64,000 bases of DNA from assembly GCA_964633315.1 (NCBI GenBank), contig CAZWGS010000011.1, positions 6,879 through 70,878 of the forward strand. Direction: 5' to 3'. Positions 56,201 to 64,000 of this stretch are shown here, one piece after another. A program made the translations under genes and the position numbers. Numbering within the stretch: position 1 is the first letter of the stretch; every line of letters begins with the position of its first letter. Origin of the DNA: an uncultured bacterium. GTDB lineage: Bacteria; Cyanobacteriota; Cyanobacteriia; Cyanobacteriales; CAWCAG01. The notes below the pieces were generated by a model, which ran no database searches, had not been told where the DNA came from, and saw only the letters and a program-made list of their open reading frames with translations.

Positions 56201-56311
56201 ATCGAGATTATAAAGATCAAATTCGCCATTATGAAAACCTACCCAGACTGGAGTGAGTAGAGTACCGTTTTCTGGCGCTACATTGGTGATTGTGACTGTT
56301 AATGTTTCCAT
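53252..56311 (-). CDS. Large acidic multidomain protein: spondin_N-like, CHRD, Calx-beta-like repeats and two DUF4114-like domains
   Basis: The spondin-like start is TITNVAPENGTLLTPVWVGFHNGEFDLY...IAEDGN. The CHRD domain reads LSGDQEVTP...VHIHNAPSGENGPIV...WNIHTEAFPAGEIRGQL. The Calx-beta strings are VNFGVDGTATLDEDYTV and ...AEPDETIALTL. The DUF4114 strings are GFEDGAGEDFNDLVV and FEDELGLGDGDFNDFVF. There is no signal peptide, and an in-frame TAG lies 3 codons upstream of the ATG. Confidence 0.8.
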   Translation of the reverse strand: METLTVTITNVAPENGTLLTPVWVGFHNGEFDLYNLDESIFPDFAFIEQIAEDGNAGPLNAAFSNDENAGIDFTIPGLEGDAPGPLDVGETVSFNFTVDPNDPTSNYFSYASMVLPSNDFFVGNGNPLRFEVFDDDGNFLGDPEEGATITVTGNLVRDAGTEVNDEIPANTAFFGQAAPNTGVDENGVVTTATTGFLPPGSGGILDDPNFANADFTQPDYTLATINIAFADAVAVSEPVAIESTLSGDQEVTPSGSSATGTSILTLNAAGDALEYSLTVDGLDFGAFIGDGTAFTETTEDDVTRVHIHNAPSGENGPIVLGLIDLVASQYDDQDADDFEIVLNDDGTVTLTGVWEETDPNTISLSNFVETFREAEEGEEVPFYWNIHTEAFPAGEIRGQLVIDEAPGPIVNLAVAPEAVVEDGLESLVYTFSVDGILDEDLTVNFGVDGTATLDEDYTVTSDSTFTFDASSGSIEIEATEFDLDSGVTSVGLDTALLATLGITVTGTEGTVDANTDGFPDGETAVGFTIAEATDFTYNLENGLTPLEGTIEHTGSIDLTNALGTANVGNFSIGFDATRDTDLASGFFVEDTLDTDLILFDIGDPGDVDTTIDSLSISEADLLVSAEFAEFLGDADLAGTDIGSARIDGISSLVPGTNTGTISITPVADDIAEPDETIALTLTPDPDYTVGTDSAVVGTITTDEDFVPASLELTDDDTFILGGNDPEVTLQFLLESVDADFVNEIGTYIVEPGQSVTDILESGEVIFSSLSSTSQEFLADRGFTTSGRIIDGLSAGQEIGFYVVADTTTDAVLADSSLLDSVLIANSVDFSAVGDGSFTLGFEDGAGEDFNDLVVNVAVVEESLPIGTGLQGEIELIDLSEQSGELISATINATEEAGFGNVGGLYTILDEAGTVFDPVTGQLFTPGDEGYAQAAVNNSVVEFSLINPEPTTLFGGFLYAPYLLSDGDIDQFYSPFLEANADGLDHLVLLGDNFFAFEDELGLGDGDFNDFVFQVDLEVV

Positions 56312-56548
56312 TGGCTCCTACACACACTAAAAGTAACTACAAGATAAAGCAAATTAAACTTGTATTTGCTGAAAATTTGCTTAGAGAATGACATTGCTAT
56401 CTTATTGGTAACTCACTAGAGCTCCCATAAACTTATACCTTACAGTGTATGAATCTGTTAGTATTCCTGAAGACGTATTTGCTTAATCTTAGCTAAGAAA
56501 TTAGGCGATTTTCCAAGGATTTAGACTTAACAGAGGTTTAAATTTAAA

Positions 56549-57043
56549 CTAAGCGCCAGTTAAGTACTCTTGAATCAGACTGAAAGCGATTGGTGCATTA
56601 GCAGCAAGTTTCACGTTTTGGGGTGAGAGGTGACGGAAAAATGCTTGAGTTGCTTCGCATTCAGTGACTAGAATCACTTGCTTCCCATTTTTCAAAGCTA
56701 AAGCTACTTCTGAGGCGGTTCCTAAACCCATACCACAGGCGACAACTAGGTTGCTGGAGAGGACATTAATGTTGTTGCGAGCATTGCCCAAATCCGTAAC
56801 AATAGCAATATCTACAGCCTCAGACATTCCCTGCTTATCTGCTGTGGGCAAAACCCCTACTGTTAAGCCTTGAGACGCTTTTGCACCTTGTAGCGCCGCT
56901 TCCATTACTCCTGCTTTTCTACCACCTGTTAATAGTATCCAACCTTGTTGAGCGATTAGTTTACCTAATTCGTAGGCGTTTTCACAATCTTTTGCAGTTG
57001 CTTGGTCTCCAGGACCCATGATACCGATTATAGTTTGACTCAT
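56549..57043 (-). CDS. TIGR00725/LOG-like Rossmann-fold protein
   Basis: It contains IIGIMGPG, LLTGGRKAGVMEAA, and GMGLGTASEVALAL. Confidence 0.7.
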   Translation of the reverse strand: MSQTIIGIMGPGDQATAKDCENAYELGKLIAQQGWILLTGGRKAGVMEAALQGAKASQGLTVGVLPTADKQGMSEAVDIAIVTDLGNARNNINVLSSNLVVACGMGLGTASEVALALKNGKQVILVTECEATQAFFRHLSPQNVKLAANAPIAFSLIQEYLTGA

Positions 57044-57269
57044 AAGGAGGCGTAATCTGAAGTTAGTACAAGATTGCTACGGGAAATAAGCAGGGGAAGC
57101 GGGTAAAGCGGGTGTTGTTAAAGAAAAGCTTTTTTTCTACTTAGGGAGTTTTAGTATAGTGCTTTTCTCAAGATGCAAGGGAGACTAGCGAATTAAGGGA
57201 ATGCGCAAGGTAGGGATTGTTGATCTAATCTTTGAAAAGCAGATCTAGTACTATTTAAAAACAAAATAG

Positions 57270-57297
57270 GTAAGGACGTAGAATTTTACGTCCCTAC
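57270..57297. repeat. Copy of the GTAGGGACGTA-N-TACGTCCCTAC palindrome family
   Basis: GTAAGGACGTAGAATTTTACGTCCCTAC lies just downstream of pepA. Confidence 0.75.
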
Positions 57298-57320
57298 ATG
57301 AGTAAATAGTTGATTTAGAT

Positions 57321-58793
57321 TTAACTCAATACCCAGTTAACTAAAGTACGTACAGGAGAACCTGTGGCGCCAGAATTGTTGACACCGCTTTCTTTATCCG
57401 CCCAAACAGTACCTGCCACATCTAAATGCGCCCAGGGCGTATCTTTGATAAACTGTTTGAGGAAGAGGGCTGCTGTAATTGAACCTCCAGCACGAGGTCC
57501 TGTATTTTTCATGTCTGCAATGGGAGACTTTAAGCCTTCAAAATACTTGTCTTCTAAAGGCATTTGCCAGAATTTTTCCCCCGATAATTCTGCTGCATCC
57601 TTTAATTGTTGCGCTAATTGTTCATCGCTAGTCCACAAACCAGAAATATCATTACCTAAAGCAACAACACAAGCACCTGTGAGGGTAGCAAGGTCAACAA
57701 TAGCATCGACCTCTAGCTTTTCGGCAAAAACTAAAGCATCGGCGAGGGTGAGTCTACCTTCTGCATCAGTGTTGTTGACTTCAATAGTTTTACCGTTAGA
57801 AGCGGTGAGAATATCGCCGGGATGCATGGCATTACCGCTAATCATATTTTCAGTCACAGCACTGATAAAATGTACTTCTACATCAGGTTTTAATTGGGCT
57901 ACAGCTTTAGCTGCGCCCAAAGTTGCTGCGCCACCGCCCATGTCCATTTTCATGGTTTCGATACCACTACCAGAACCTTTAATATTTAAACCGCCGGAAT
58001 CGAAGGTTAGTCCTTTCCCTACAATCGCAACTTTACGCTTGGGTGTCCCTTCTGGTTTGTAGGTGAGGTGGATGAATTTGGGCGGTAAATCGGAGGCTTT
58101 GGCAACACCTAAGAAGGCTCCCATGCCTAGGTTTTCACACTCTTCTTGCTCTAAAATTTCTATGGCTAAGCCATATTCTGAGGCGATGTCTACGGCTGTT
58201 TGTGCCATAGTAATGGGGGTAACAGCATTAGCGGGGGCAGCGACTAATTCTCGCGCTAAAATAACACCAGAACTAACAGCCTGTGCTTTGCTAATCGCCT
58301 CTTCCTGTCCACCATAACCGAGAAGTTCAACGGTTTCTAATTTTGCTCCTTTGTCTTCTGGCTCGGATTTGAAACGGTTATCCTGGTGTAGGGCTAAAAG
58401 TATACCTTCGCTAATTATCTGGCTGGTGAGGGCAGGATCGCTGTTAACTGCGGGTAAACTAATAGCTAGAGTTTTACTCTTTTGTTTCTTGGCTAAACGT
58501 GCGATTGTCGCCGCAGCAACACGCAATGTATCTGATTTTAATTCTTCAGTTTTGCCTAAACCAACTAGGATGATTTTCTTAATTGGGCTGTTGCTACCAA
58601 TGCGAGTAGCGGCGCTGCTACCAGATTTTGCCGTAAATTCTTCTTCTGCAATTAATTCTTTAATTGTTCCCGCTAGCTTGGTATCTAAGGCGGCTAAATC
58701 GCCACTAAGTTCTATATCTTCTTCAAATATACCCAATGCTAGGGCATCTCCAGACCATTCCAGATATGATGTTTGTGTTGCCTTAATTTGCAT
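57321..58793 (-). CDS. pepA: Leucyl aminopeptidase (M17)
   Basis: It has [11 protein letters not shown], the NTDAEGRL signature and MKMDMGGGA. Confidence 0.95.
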   Translation of the reverse strand: MQIKATQTSYLEWSGDALALGIFEEDIELSGDLAALDTKLAGTIKELIAEEEFTAKSGSSAATRIGSNSPIKKIILVGLGKTEELKSDTLRVAAATIARLAKKQKSKTLAISLPAVNSDPALTSQIISEGILLALHQDNRFKSEPEDKGAKLETVELLGYGGQEEAISKAQAVSSGVILARELVAAPANAVTPITMAQTAVDIASEYGLAIEILEQEECENLGMGAFLGVAKASDLPPKFIHLTYKPEGTPKRKVAIVGKGLTFDSGGLNIKGSGSGIETMKMDMGGGAATLGAAKAVAQLKPDVEVHFISAVTENMISGNAMHPGDILTASNGKTIEVNNTDAEGRLTLADALVFAEKLEVDAIVDLATLTGACVVALGNDISGLWTSDEQLAQQLKDAAELSGEKFWQMPLEDKYFEGLKSPIADMKNTGPRAGGSITAALFLKQFIKDTPWAHLDVAGTVWADKESGVNNSGATGSPVRTLVNWVLS

Positions 58794-59078
58794 AGCTATA
58801 CTCTACATTTCCCTATGTACCTCTAAATCCTAGTGTGACACTCTAAAGCGAAAGCGTGTGGACTTGGATCATATTCATGTAATATTTATGTAGTTATAAT
58901 GTAGGGTAGTACATAATACCAAGTCCGGTTTGACTAGACTACTAGAAAACGAGCGGGGAAGCGGGGAGATCAACCTATTGGGTGTTGAGGAAGCGGGGGG
59001 AGAAGGGAGAAAGGAGAGGGGAGATATTTTTGAGTATTAGCCTTTGGAAAGCAGATTTGGCATGAGTAGACAATATCA

Positions 59079-59642
59079 TTGATGAATCCATCTCGTGCGA
59101 TTAAAATCAGTCGCTACCTCAGTAAACACCTACGTCACCAACCAGAAAGAATTGGTTTACAATTGCAACCTGGAGGTTGGGTAAGTGTGGAGGAATTACT
59201 CAATGCTTGTAGGTTAAATCGTTTCTATATCAATCGCGCAGAATTGGAAGAGGTGGTTGCTACTAACGATAAGCAGCGCTTCTCTTTTAATCACAATAAA
59301 ACTCTAATTCGTGCCAACCAAGGACACAGCGTTGAAATTGACCTACAACTAGAGCCTAAGATACCACCGGATGTACTTTATCATGGCAGTGCCAAGCAGT
59401 TTGTAGATTCTATTTTGAAATCTGGTTTAAAAAAGATGTCGCGCCATCATGTACATCTTTCCTCGGATGTTACCACAGCTAAAAGAGTTGGTTCTCGACG
59501 TGGTTTTCCTGTGGTATTTACGGTGGATGCGAAGGCGATGTGTGAAGCAGGTTTTAGTTTCTATTGTTCGGATAATGGTGTTTGGTTAGTAGATTTTGTT
59601 CCACCGAACTATTTACACAAGATTTCTAATGTAGGGACGTAA
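59079..59642 (+). CDS. kptA: RNA 2'-phosphotransferase (Tpt1/KptA family)
   Basis: It contains ISRYLSKHLRHQPE..GL.L..GGW, ...IRANQGHS..., and HVHLS. Confidence 0.9.
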   Translation: MMNPSRAIKISRYLSKHLRHQPERIGLQLQPGGWVSVEELLNACRLNRFYINRAELEEVVATNDKQRFSFNHNKTLIRANQGHSVEIDLQLEPKIPPDVLYHGSAKQFVDSILKSGLKKMSRHHVHLSSDVTTAKRVGSRRGFPVVFTVDAKAMCEAGFSFYCSDNGVWLVDFVPPNYLHKISNVGT

Positions 59643-59658
59643 AATTTTACGTCCCTAC
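59631..59658. repeat. Copy of the palindrome family overlapping the kptA stop codon
   Basis: GTAGGGACGTAAAATTTTACGTCCCTAC. Its first 12 nt encode V-G-T-stop of kptA. Confidence 0.8.
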
Positions 59659-59856
59659 AAAGGTTACCTGACTCAATTTACCTTATGTTTATATTTTCCG
59701 TATGACAGTTGAACTAGTTTCACTCTTTCACATATAAATCAATTTTTTTCTGGCTTAATTAAAGAACAAAATAGAAAACTATTCAATTGATACGGATTTT
59801 GTTTGTTAACGAATCTAGGTCAGGTTAAGCGCCGCAGTTCGACAGGTCTTACCTGA

Positions 59857-61143
59857 GTGTTGGTCAATATTTTAGGTGAGTACATTATGTTCATTAATCT
59901 TCGTCGTCTTCTAGGACAATTATTTACTAAATCTAGAACTATTAACAAAACTCCTCTCAATAAAGTCAGTTTAATTGTTCTGATTATCATTGACATTTTT
60001 ATCTTGGTTAATGTCTTCATGGGACTTAATGACGTTGGCCAGTGGTATATTAGCCCTTATGAAGCTTATCCGTGTTATTCACAATGGAATAATTATCTCA
60101 ATAGCAATAGTCAGAATAAAGATTATGAATTTTTAACCCAATCTTTTGATATTGTTAGCCCAGATTATCAAATTGCCAGTAACAGTAACGTTAGCCAGCA
60201 TTATCAAAATTTAAGTGAGAATAAACTTGGTTCTGTCTCTACTACTTGTATGACCTTTGCTGGCTATCAAGAGGCGATTACAACTCTCGAGAATGAAGAT
60301 AATTTCAGAACTATTAATAAAAATCAAGAATCAATTTTTATTCTCCAGAGTGCTAATCAAACTATTCGTGAGCAATATGATTCAACTTTATTAGAGAAAA
60401 TTGCTGGGCAAGATACTTCTCAATCTATTAATACTACTGATGCCTCGAAAGCAAAACAAGAGTTAGAGCAGAATAATCAGAAAATTGCGGATCTACAAGA
60501 AGCAATAACTAAGACAAAAACAGAAATAGTTAACTCTCAGGAATCTCGTCAGTTTTTAAATTATTTGCAAGACGAGACAACTTTTAAGGCGTTACAAGCA
60601 TCTTATAATAGAGCATCATTTTGGTATCCCAGTATTCAAATTGTTTTTCAATTTTTCTTTCTGTGTCCCCTAATTATTTTTGCCTTCTCAATTCATTCAC
60701 TAGCACAGAAGAAAGATTATGGTTTGGTGGCTTTAATTAGCTGGCATTTGCTAGTTATTTTCTTCATCCCTCTGGTAGTTAAGCTGTTTGAATTTCTCCA
60801 GTTTGGTGTCCTGGCTCAATTTATTTTCGAGCTGATGCGTGAACTTTTAGGGGGATTGCTTTTCCTTGTTAGTTATCTCTATATTCTAGCGATTCCTTTG
60901 ATTGGCTTTGGCATCATCAAGTTATGCCAATTATTTATCTTTAATACGAAATTACAAGCTGCTAATCGAGTTCAAAAATCACGCTGTATTCGCTGTGCTA
61001 AAAAACTCCGCAGTGATCATTCCCATTGTCCCCATTGTGGTTACTATCAATACCAGGAATGTTCTCATTGCCATAATCTTACTTATAAGCATTTACCCCA
61101 CTGTTATCATTGCGGCGCTCCACAAGCAATGAGTAATGAGTAA
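59857..61143 (+). CDS. Hypothetical membrane protein with a coiled-coil region and a C-terminal double zinc ribbon
   Basis: It has an N-terminal TM helix, a Gln/Glu-rich coiled segment, several C-terminal TM helices, and then CIRCAKKL...HCPHCG....CSHCHN......HCYHCG. The start may be MFINL (59887). Confidence 0.5.
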   Translation: MLVNILGEYIMFINLRRLLGQLFTKSRTINKTPLNKVSLIVLIIIDIFILVNVFMGLNDVGQWYISPYEAYPCYSQWNNYLNSNSQNKDYEFLTQSFDIVSPDYQIASNSNVSQHYQNLSENKLGSVSTTCMTFAGYQEAITTLENEDNFRTINKNQESIFILQSANQTIREQYDSTLLEKIAGQDTSQSINTTDASKAKQELEQNNQKIADLQEAITKTKTEIVNSQESRQFLNYLQDETTFKALQASYNRASFWYPSIQIVFQFFFLCPLIIFAFSIHSLAQKKDYGLVALISWHLLVIFFIPLVVKLFEFLQFGVLAQFIFELMRELLGGLLFLVSYLYILAIPLIGFGIIKLCQLFIFNTKLQAANRVQKSRCIRCAKKLRSDHSHCPHCGYYQYQECSHCHNLTYKHLPHCYHCGAPQAMSNE

Positions 61144-61483
61144 AAGATGGTTGCTCTGTGTTTATTCACTCTAGTCAGATAATATTAGACATCGAAAAAT
61201 CCTTGAGTACTACTCGAAAGATGCGATTCGAGCCACATTAAAAAACCTGATTAATGTTGCCACTAGAGAAAGATTAGGTTAGAATCGCATTGACTCTTAA
61301 GCAAAAACACTTAAGTATCTTAAATAAAAACACGTAAACCTAGCATAAAAAGCATTGCTGTTTGTTAAAAACAGTCTAAATAGAGAATAGGTGCCTAATT
61401 TACGATTGAGGCACAACTAATTTCTTGAGCAGTATTTTGGAGCAAAAGTGATGTTTTTTCAGCAAGCTGGGAAATCATAGTGC

Positions 61484-62362
61484 TTGATTTTTCAAACTAA
61501 AATTATGTTGACTCAAGATCGCAAGCAAAGATTGCTCAAGTTTATGCTTGATCCTTCAATTTTAATCAGAAATATTTCTTTTAGAAATTCAAAAACTATT
61601 TCAGATAAAAATCATATTTTTGTAGTTGGTGCTCCCAGAAGTGGTACAACTCTAGTGAAGCAAATTTTGAGTACCCATCCTAGATTAAGAGGTCCTGGTT
61701 ATGAAACAGCTATTTTTATGTTCAAAGATATTTTTAATTTTAAATTTTCAGGATTTCAAAGAGATGAAATTTCTACTCTGATTCAAAAATCAAATGATAT
61801 CGTAGATTTTTTTGACCAGTTTGCAGAAGCTAATTTAGAAAAGCTAGGAGGAGAACGTTTCGTCGAAAAAACTCCACCTCATGTTTTGCAGTTAAAATTT
61901 TTAATTAAACATTTTCCTAAAGCACAATTTATCAACATTTTTCGAGACGGTAGAGATTGCTACTGTTCCGCACAAAAACATCCCAATATTGTTCAAGGAC
62001 GCAGTGTAGAAAACTATGCTGAATATTGGAAAAAATGCATTAAATCGCGATTAACAGAAGCATCAAATCCCAAAATTTTCGATATAAAATATGAAGAATT
62101 CGTCGCTAATCCAGGAAAAATTGTTCCAGAGATAATGAACTTTTTAGGCGAGGAATTTGACCCGAAGCAGATTAATCCAGAATATTACTCCCAGAATTTA
62201 GCAGTTAATACTCGAAAAAGCCATTTCAGTAAACTTTCGAAACCGATAAGTCGTAGCAGTCAAGGGCGTTGGAAATCTGAAATGGAAGCCAAGGAAATTA
62301 ATCGTTTCCATCAGATCGCAGGAGATGAGTTAAGGTTACTTGGATATTCTACTAATTACTAG
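61484..62362 (+). CDS. Sulfotransferase-family protein
   Basis: It has the 5'-PSB loop VVGAPRSGTTL and a RDGRDCY region. Confidence 0.7.
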   Translation: MIFQTKIMLTQDRKQRLLKFMLDPSILIRNISFRNSKTISDKNHIFVVGAPRSGTTLVKQILSTHPRLRGPGYETAIFMFKDIFNFKFSGFQRDEISTLIQKSNDIVDFFDQFAEANLEKLGGERFVEKTPPHVLQLKFLIKHFPKAQFINIFRDGRDCYCSAQKHPNIVQGRSVENYAEYWKKCIKSRLTEASNPKIFDIKYEEFVANPGKIVPEIMNFLGEEFDPKQINPEYYSQNLAVNTRKSHFSKLSKPISRSSQGRWKSEMEAKEINRFHQIAGDELRLLGYSTNY

Positions 62363-62607
62363 TTTTCTCTTTTCTGTATAAATCACTGGAAAATAACATT
62401 TGTAGGGATATGAAATTTCACTTCTACAAATTATTTAAATCCTACATCCCTACATTCTTGGTCATAGATTTATATTACTATCATAAACATTTCCATAAAC
62501 TAAATTTAGCTTTAGACAGCATCATGGATATATCTCTTATTTGAACTACAACTGCTAAGGGATTAGTAAAAGCTAGAATTTAGAATTAAGTTAGGTATGA
62601 TGGTTTA

Positions 62608-63453
62608 TTGTTCGCCTTGATAACAATGAAACCTATCACCTCAGAAGCGATTCTAGAAACCTTACAAAACCTAATTGATGTTGTAGCAAAATTACGTTCA
62701 CCCGATGGTGGTTGTCCCTGGGATTTAGCGCAAACACCCCAATCTCTCACTCCCTATATCATTGAAGAAGCTTACGAAAGCGTAAATGCGATTCAAAGTG
62801 GCGATCAAAATGCGATTGCAGAGGAATTGGGTGATTTATTATTACAAGTAGTTCTCCAAGCGCAAATTGCCCAGGAATACAATCATTTTAGCCTCCAAGA
62901 AGTTGCTCAGGGAATTACCGAAAAACTGATTCGTCGCCATCCCCACGTCTTCGACAATCTGGAAGTAGCAGGAGTAGAAGAAGTGCACCGTAATTGGGAA
63001 GAAATTAAAGCAGCAGAAAAAGGAGAAAGTCTTGAAACTACTCAATTACTAAGCTATAAACTTAACCGTTATGCTCGCACTCTACCACCTCTGATGGCAA
63101 GTATGAAAATGTCTCGCAAAGCTGCTGCTGCAGGATTTGAGTGGGAAGAAGCGGCGGGAGTTTGGGAAAAATTTGACGAAGAATTAGGGGAATTGCAAGA
63201 AGCATTAGCCACAGAAGACAAAAACCATCAGGAAGAAGAATTAGGAGATTTACTCTTTACTCTAGTCAATATCGCCCGTTGGTATGATCTAGATCCTAAC
63301 GCTGCTTTGCAGAGAACAAATCATAAATTTGTACAGCGTCTTCGTCTCATGGAAAGCTTTGCAGAGCGTCCTTTGACCGAATACACTCTAGCAGAACTAG
63401 AACAATTATGGCAAAAAGCGAAGGCTAAAATACAACAGAAAAATAGAGAATAG
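62608..63453 (+). CDS. mazG: Nucleoside triphosphate pyrophosphohydrolase MazG
   Basis: It contains LRSPDGGCPWDLAQT..SL..Y..EE.YE, two EE.GDLLF-type MazG repeats, and RRHPHVF. Confidence 0.9.
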   Translation: MFALITMKPITSEAILETLQNLIDVVAKLRSPDGGCPWDLAQTPQSLTPYIIEEAYESVNAIQSGDQNAIAEELGDLLLQVVLQAQIAQEYNHFSLQEVAQGITEKLIRRHPHVFDNLEVAGVEEVHRNWEEIKAAEKGESLETTQLLSYKLNRYARTLPPLMASMKMSRKAAAAGFEWEEAAGVWEKFDEELGELQEALATEDKNHQEEELGDLLFTLVNIARWYDLDPNAALQRTNHKFVQRLRLMESFAERPLTEYTLAELEQLWQKAKAKIQQKNRE

Positions 63454-63508
63454 TTGATACTTAAATAGTAGGCATTTATCACTATTAGCTACTGGATTCC
63501 CTAAATTT

Positions 63509-64000
63509 ATGCAACAAACAGCACTCAATTTAATCGCCATTGGGGTATTTGTCGTCACCATGAGTAGTTTACTCACCCCTGTTTTACCTATTTCTCCCCT
63601 AATTCCTGCTGGCTTTACCTTAACAGTTTTGAGTTTAACTACCATTGATACCTTTGCTTGGCAAGGAAGAGGGGTAAATATATTATTAGATTGGGTTGCT
63701 GGTTTTTCCCCAGAACACCGAGAGCGAATTGTACATCACGAAGCAGGTCACTTTCTAGTGGCTTATTTTTTAGGTGTTCCCATTACTGGTTACACCTTAA
63801 GCGCTTGGGAGACTTGGCGCAAGGGATATACGGGTTTGGGAGGAGTGGTATTTCAAACCGAGGATTTATCGCAACAAGCGATTCCACCTAGTGAGATACG
63901 CTTAGTATTAGATCGTTTTTGTACCGTTTGGATGGCGGGAATTGCAGCCGAAAACTTAGTATATGATCAGGCTCAAGGTGGTGCTGAAGATAGACAAAAA
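63509..64000 (+). CDS. Membrane protein with an HEAGH zinc-metalloprotease-like motif (FtsH/M41 protease-domain-like); 3' end lies off the window
   Basis: It is not in the ORF track because it is open at the window edge. Manual translation gives MQQTALNLIAIGVFVV...ERIVHHEAGHFLVAYFLGVPITGY...WMAGIAAENLVYDQAQGGAEDRQK. Confidence 0.6.
   Translation, partial: MQQTALNLIAIGVFVVTMSSLLTPVLPISPLIPAGFTLTVLSLTTIDTFAWQGRGVNILLDWVAGFSPEHRERIVHHEAGHFLVAYFLGVPITGYTLSAWETWRKGYTGLGGVVFQTEDLSQQAIPPSEIRLVLDRFCTVWMAGIAAENLVYDQAQGGAEDRQK

Noticed and set aside
53252-56311. Plus-strand ORFs of 71-133 aa (54303.., 54729.., 55677.., 55995..) inside the giant acidic protein gene
   Set aside because: These are Ser/Pro/Lys-rich mirror frames of a D/E/T/G-rich gene. 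They are typical antisense artefacts.
57364-58833. Three plus-strand ORFs (232, 84 and 160 aa) covering the pepA region
   Set aside because: They are entirely antisense to a high-confidence M17 aminopeptidase gene. Their composition is Ala/Ser/Pro-rich shadow-frame type, and I saw no motifs or start context.
63406-63891. Track ORFs 63406..63645 (-) and 63658..63891 (+)
   Set aside because: Both overlap, in wrong frames or on the wrong strand, the open reading frame from 63509 that carries an HEAGH motif and TM helices and runs off the window.

Overview
This window looks like a chromosomal segment of a filamentous, Nostocales-like cyanobacterium. That inference rests on chlB, pcyA, cyanoQ/psbQ, several HIP1 GCGATCGC sites, heptamer tandem repeats and AT-rich spacers packed with short palindromes. 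Most of it is housekeeping: pth, exbB/exbD, mutS, tatA, pcyA, dps, dnaX, an apocarotenoid oxygenase, psbQ, comEC, chlB, pyrB, pepA, kptA and mazG. Two IS200/IS605-type elements interrupt it: one complete element with divergent tnpA/tnpB at about 7.6-9.5 kb, and one solo tnpB at about 47.5-48.8 kb. Several families of dispersed intergenic repeats are also present. I recognised no rRNA, tRNA or CRISPR array.

The best candidate for an undescribed system is the divergent locus at 41.3-47.5 kb. One strand carries an HTH-AAA_35 NTPase and a second AAA_35 NTPase that is fused through a single TM helix to a periplasmic Leu/Ile/Val-type binding domain. The other strand carries a minimal class III nucleotidyl cyclase with non-canonical base-specifying residues, a secreted protein and a small 4-TM protein. 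A TnpB element abuts the locus.

Other points worth checking:
- an in-phase A_AAA_AAG slippery site in dnaX, with a -1 frame stop 5 codons later
- a TerD N-terminal remnant overlapping the start of a CaCA-like antiporter gene
- a duplicated terminator module whose hairpin loop is inverted between the two copies
- a palindromic repeat that supplies the kptA stop codon
- a leaderless, very acidic 1019-aa spondin/CHRD/Calx-beta/DUF4114 protein
- a 0.9-kb ORF-free region

All family assignments come from motif recognition by eye. No database search was run.
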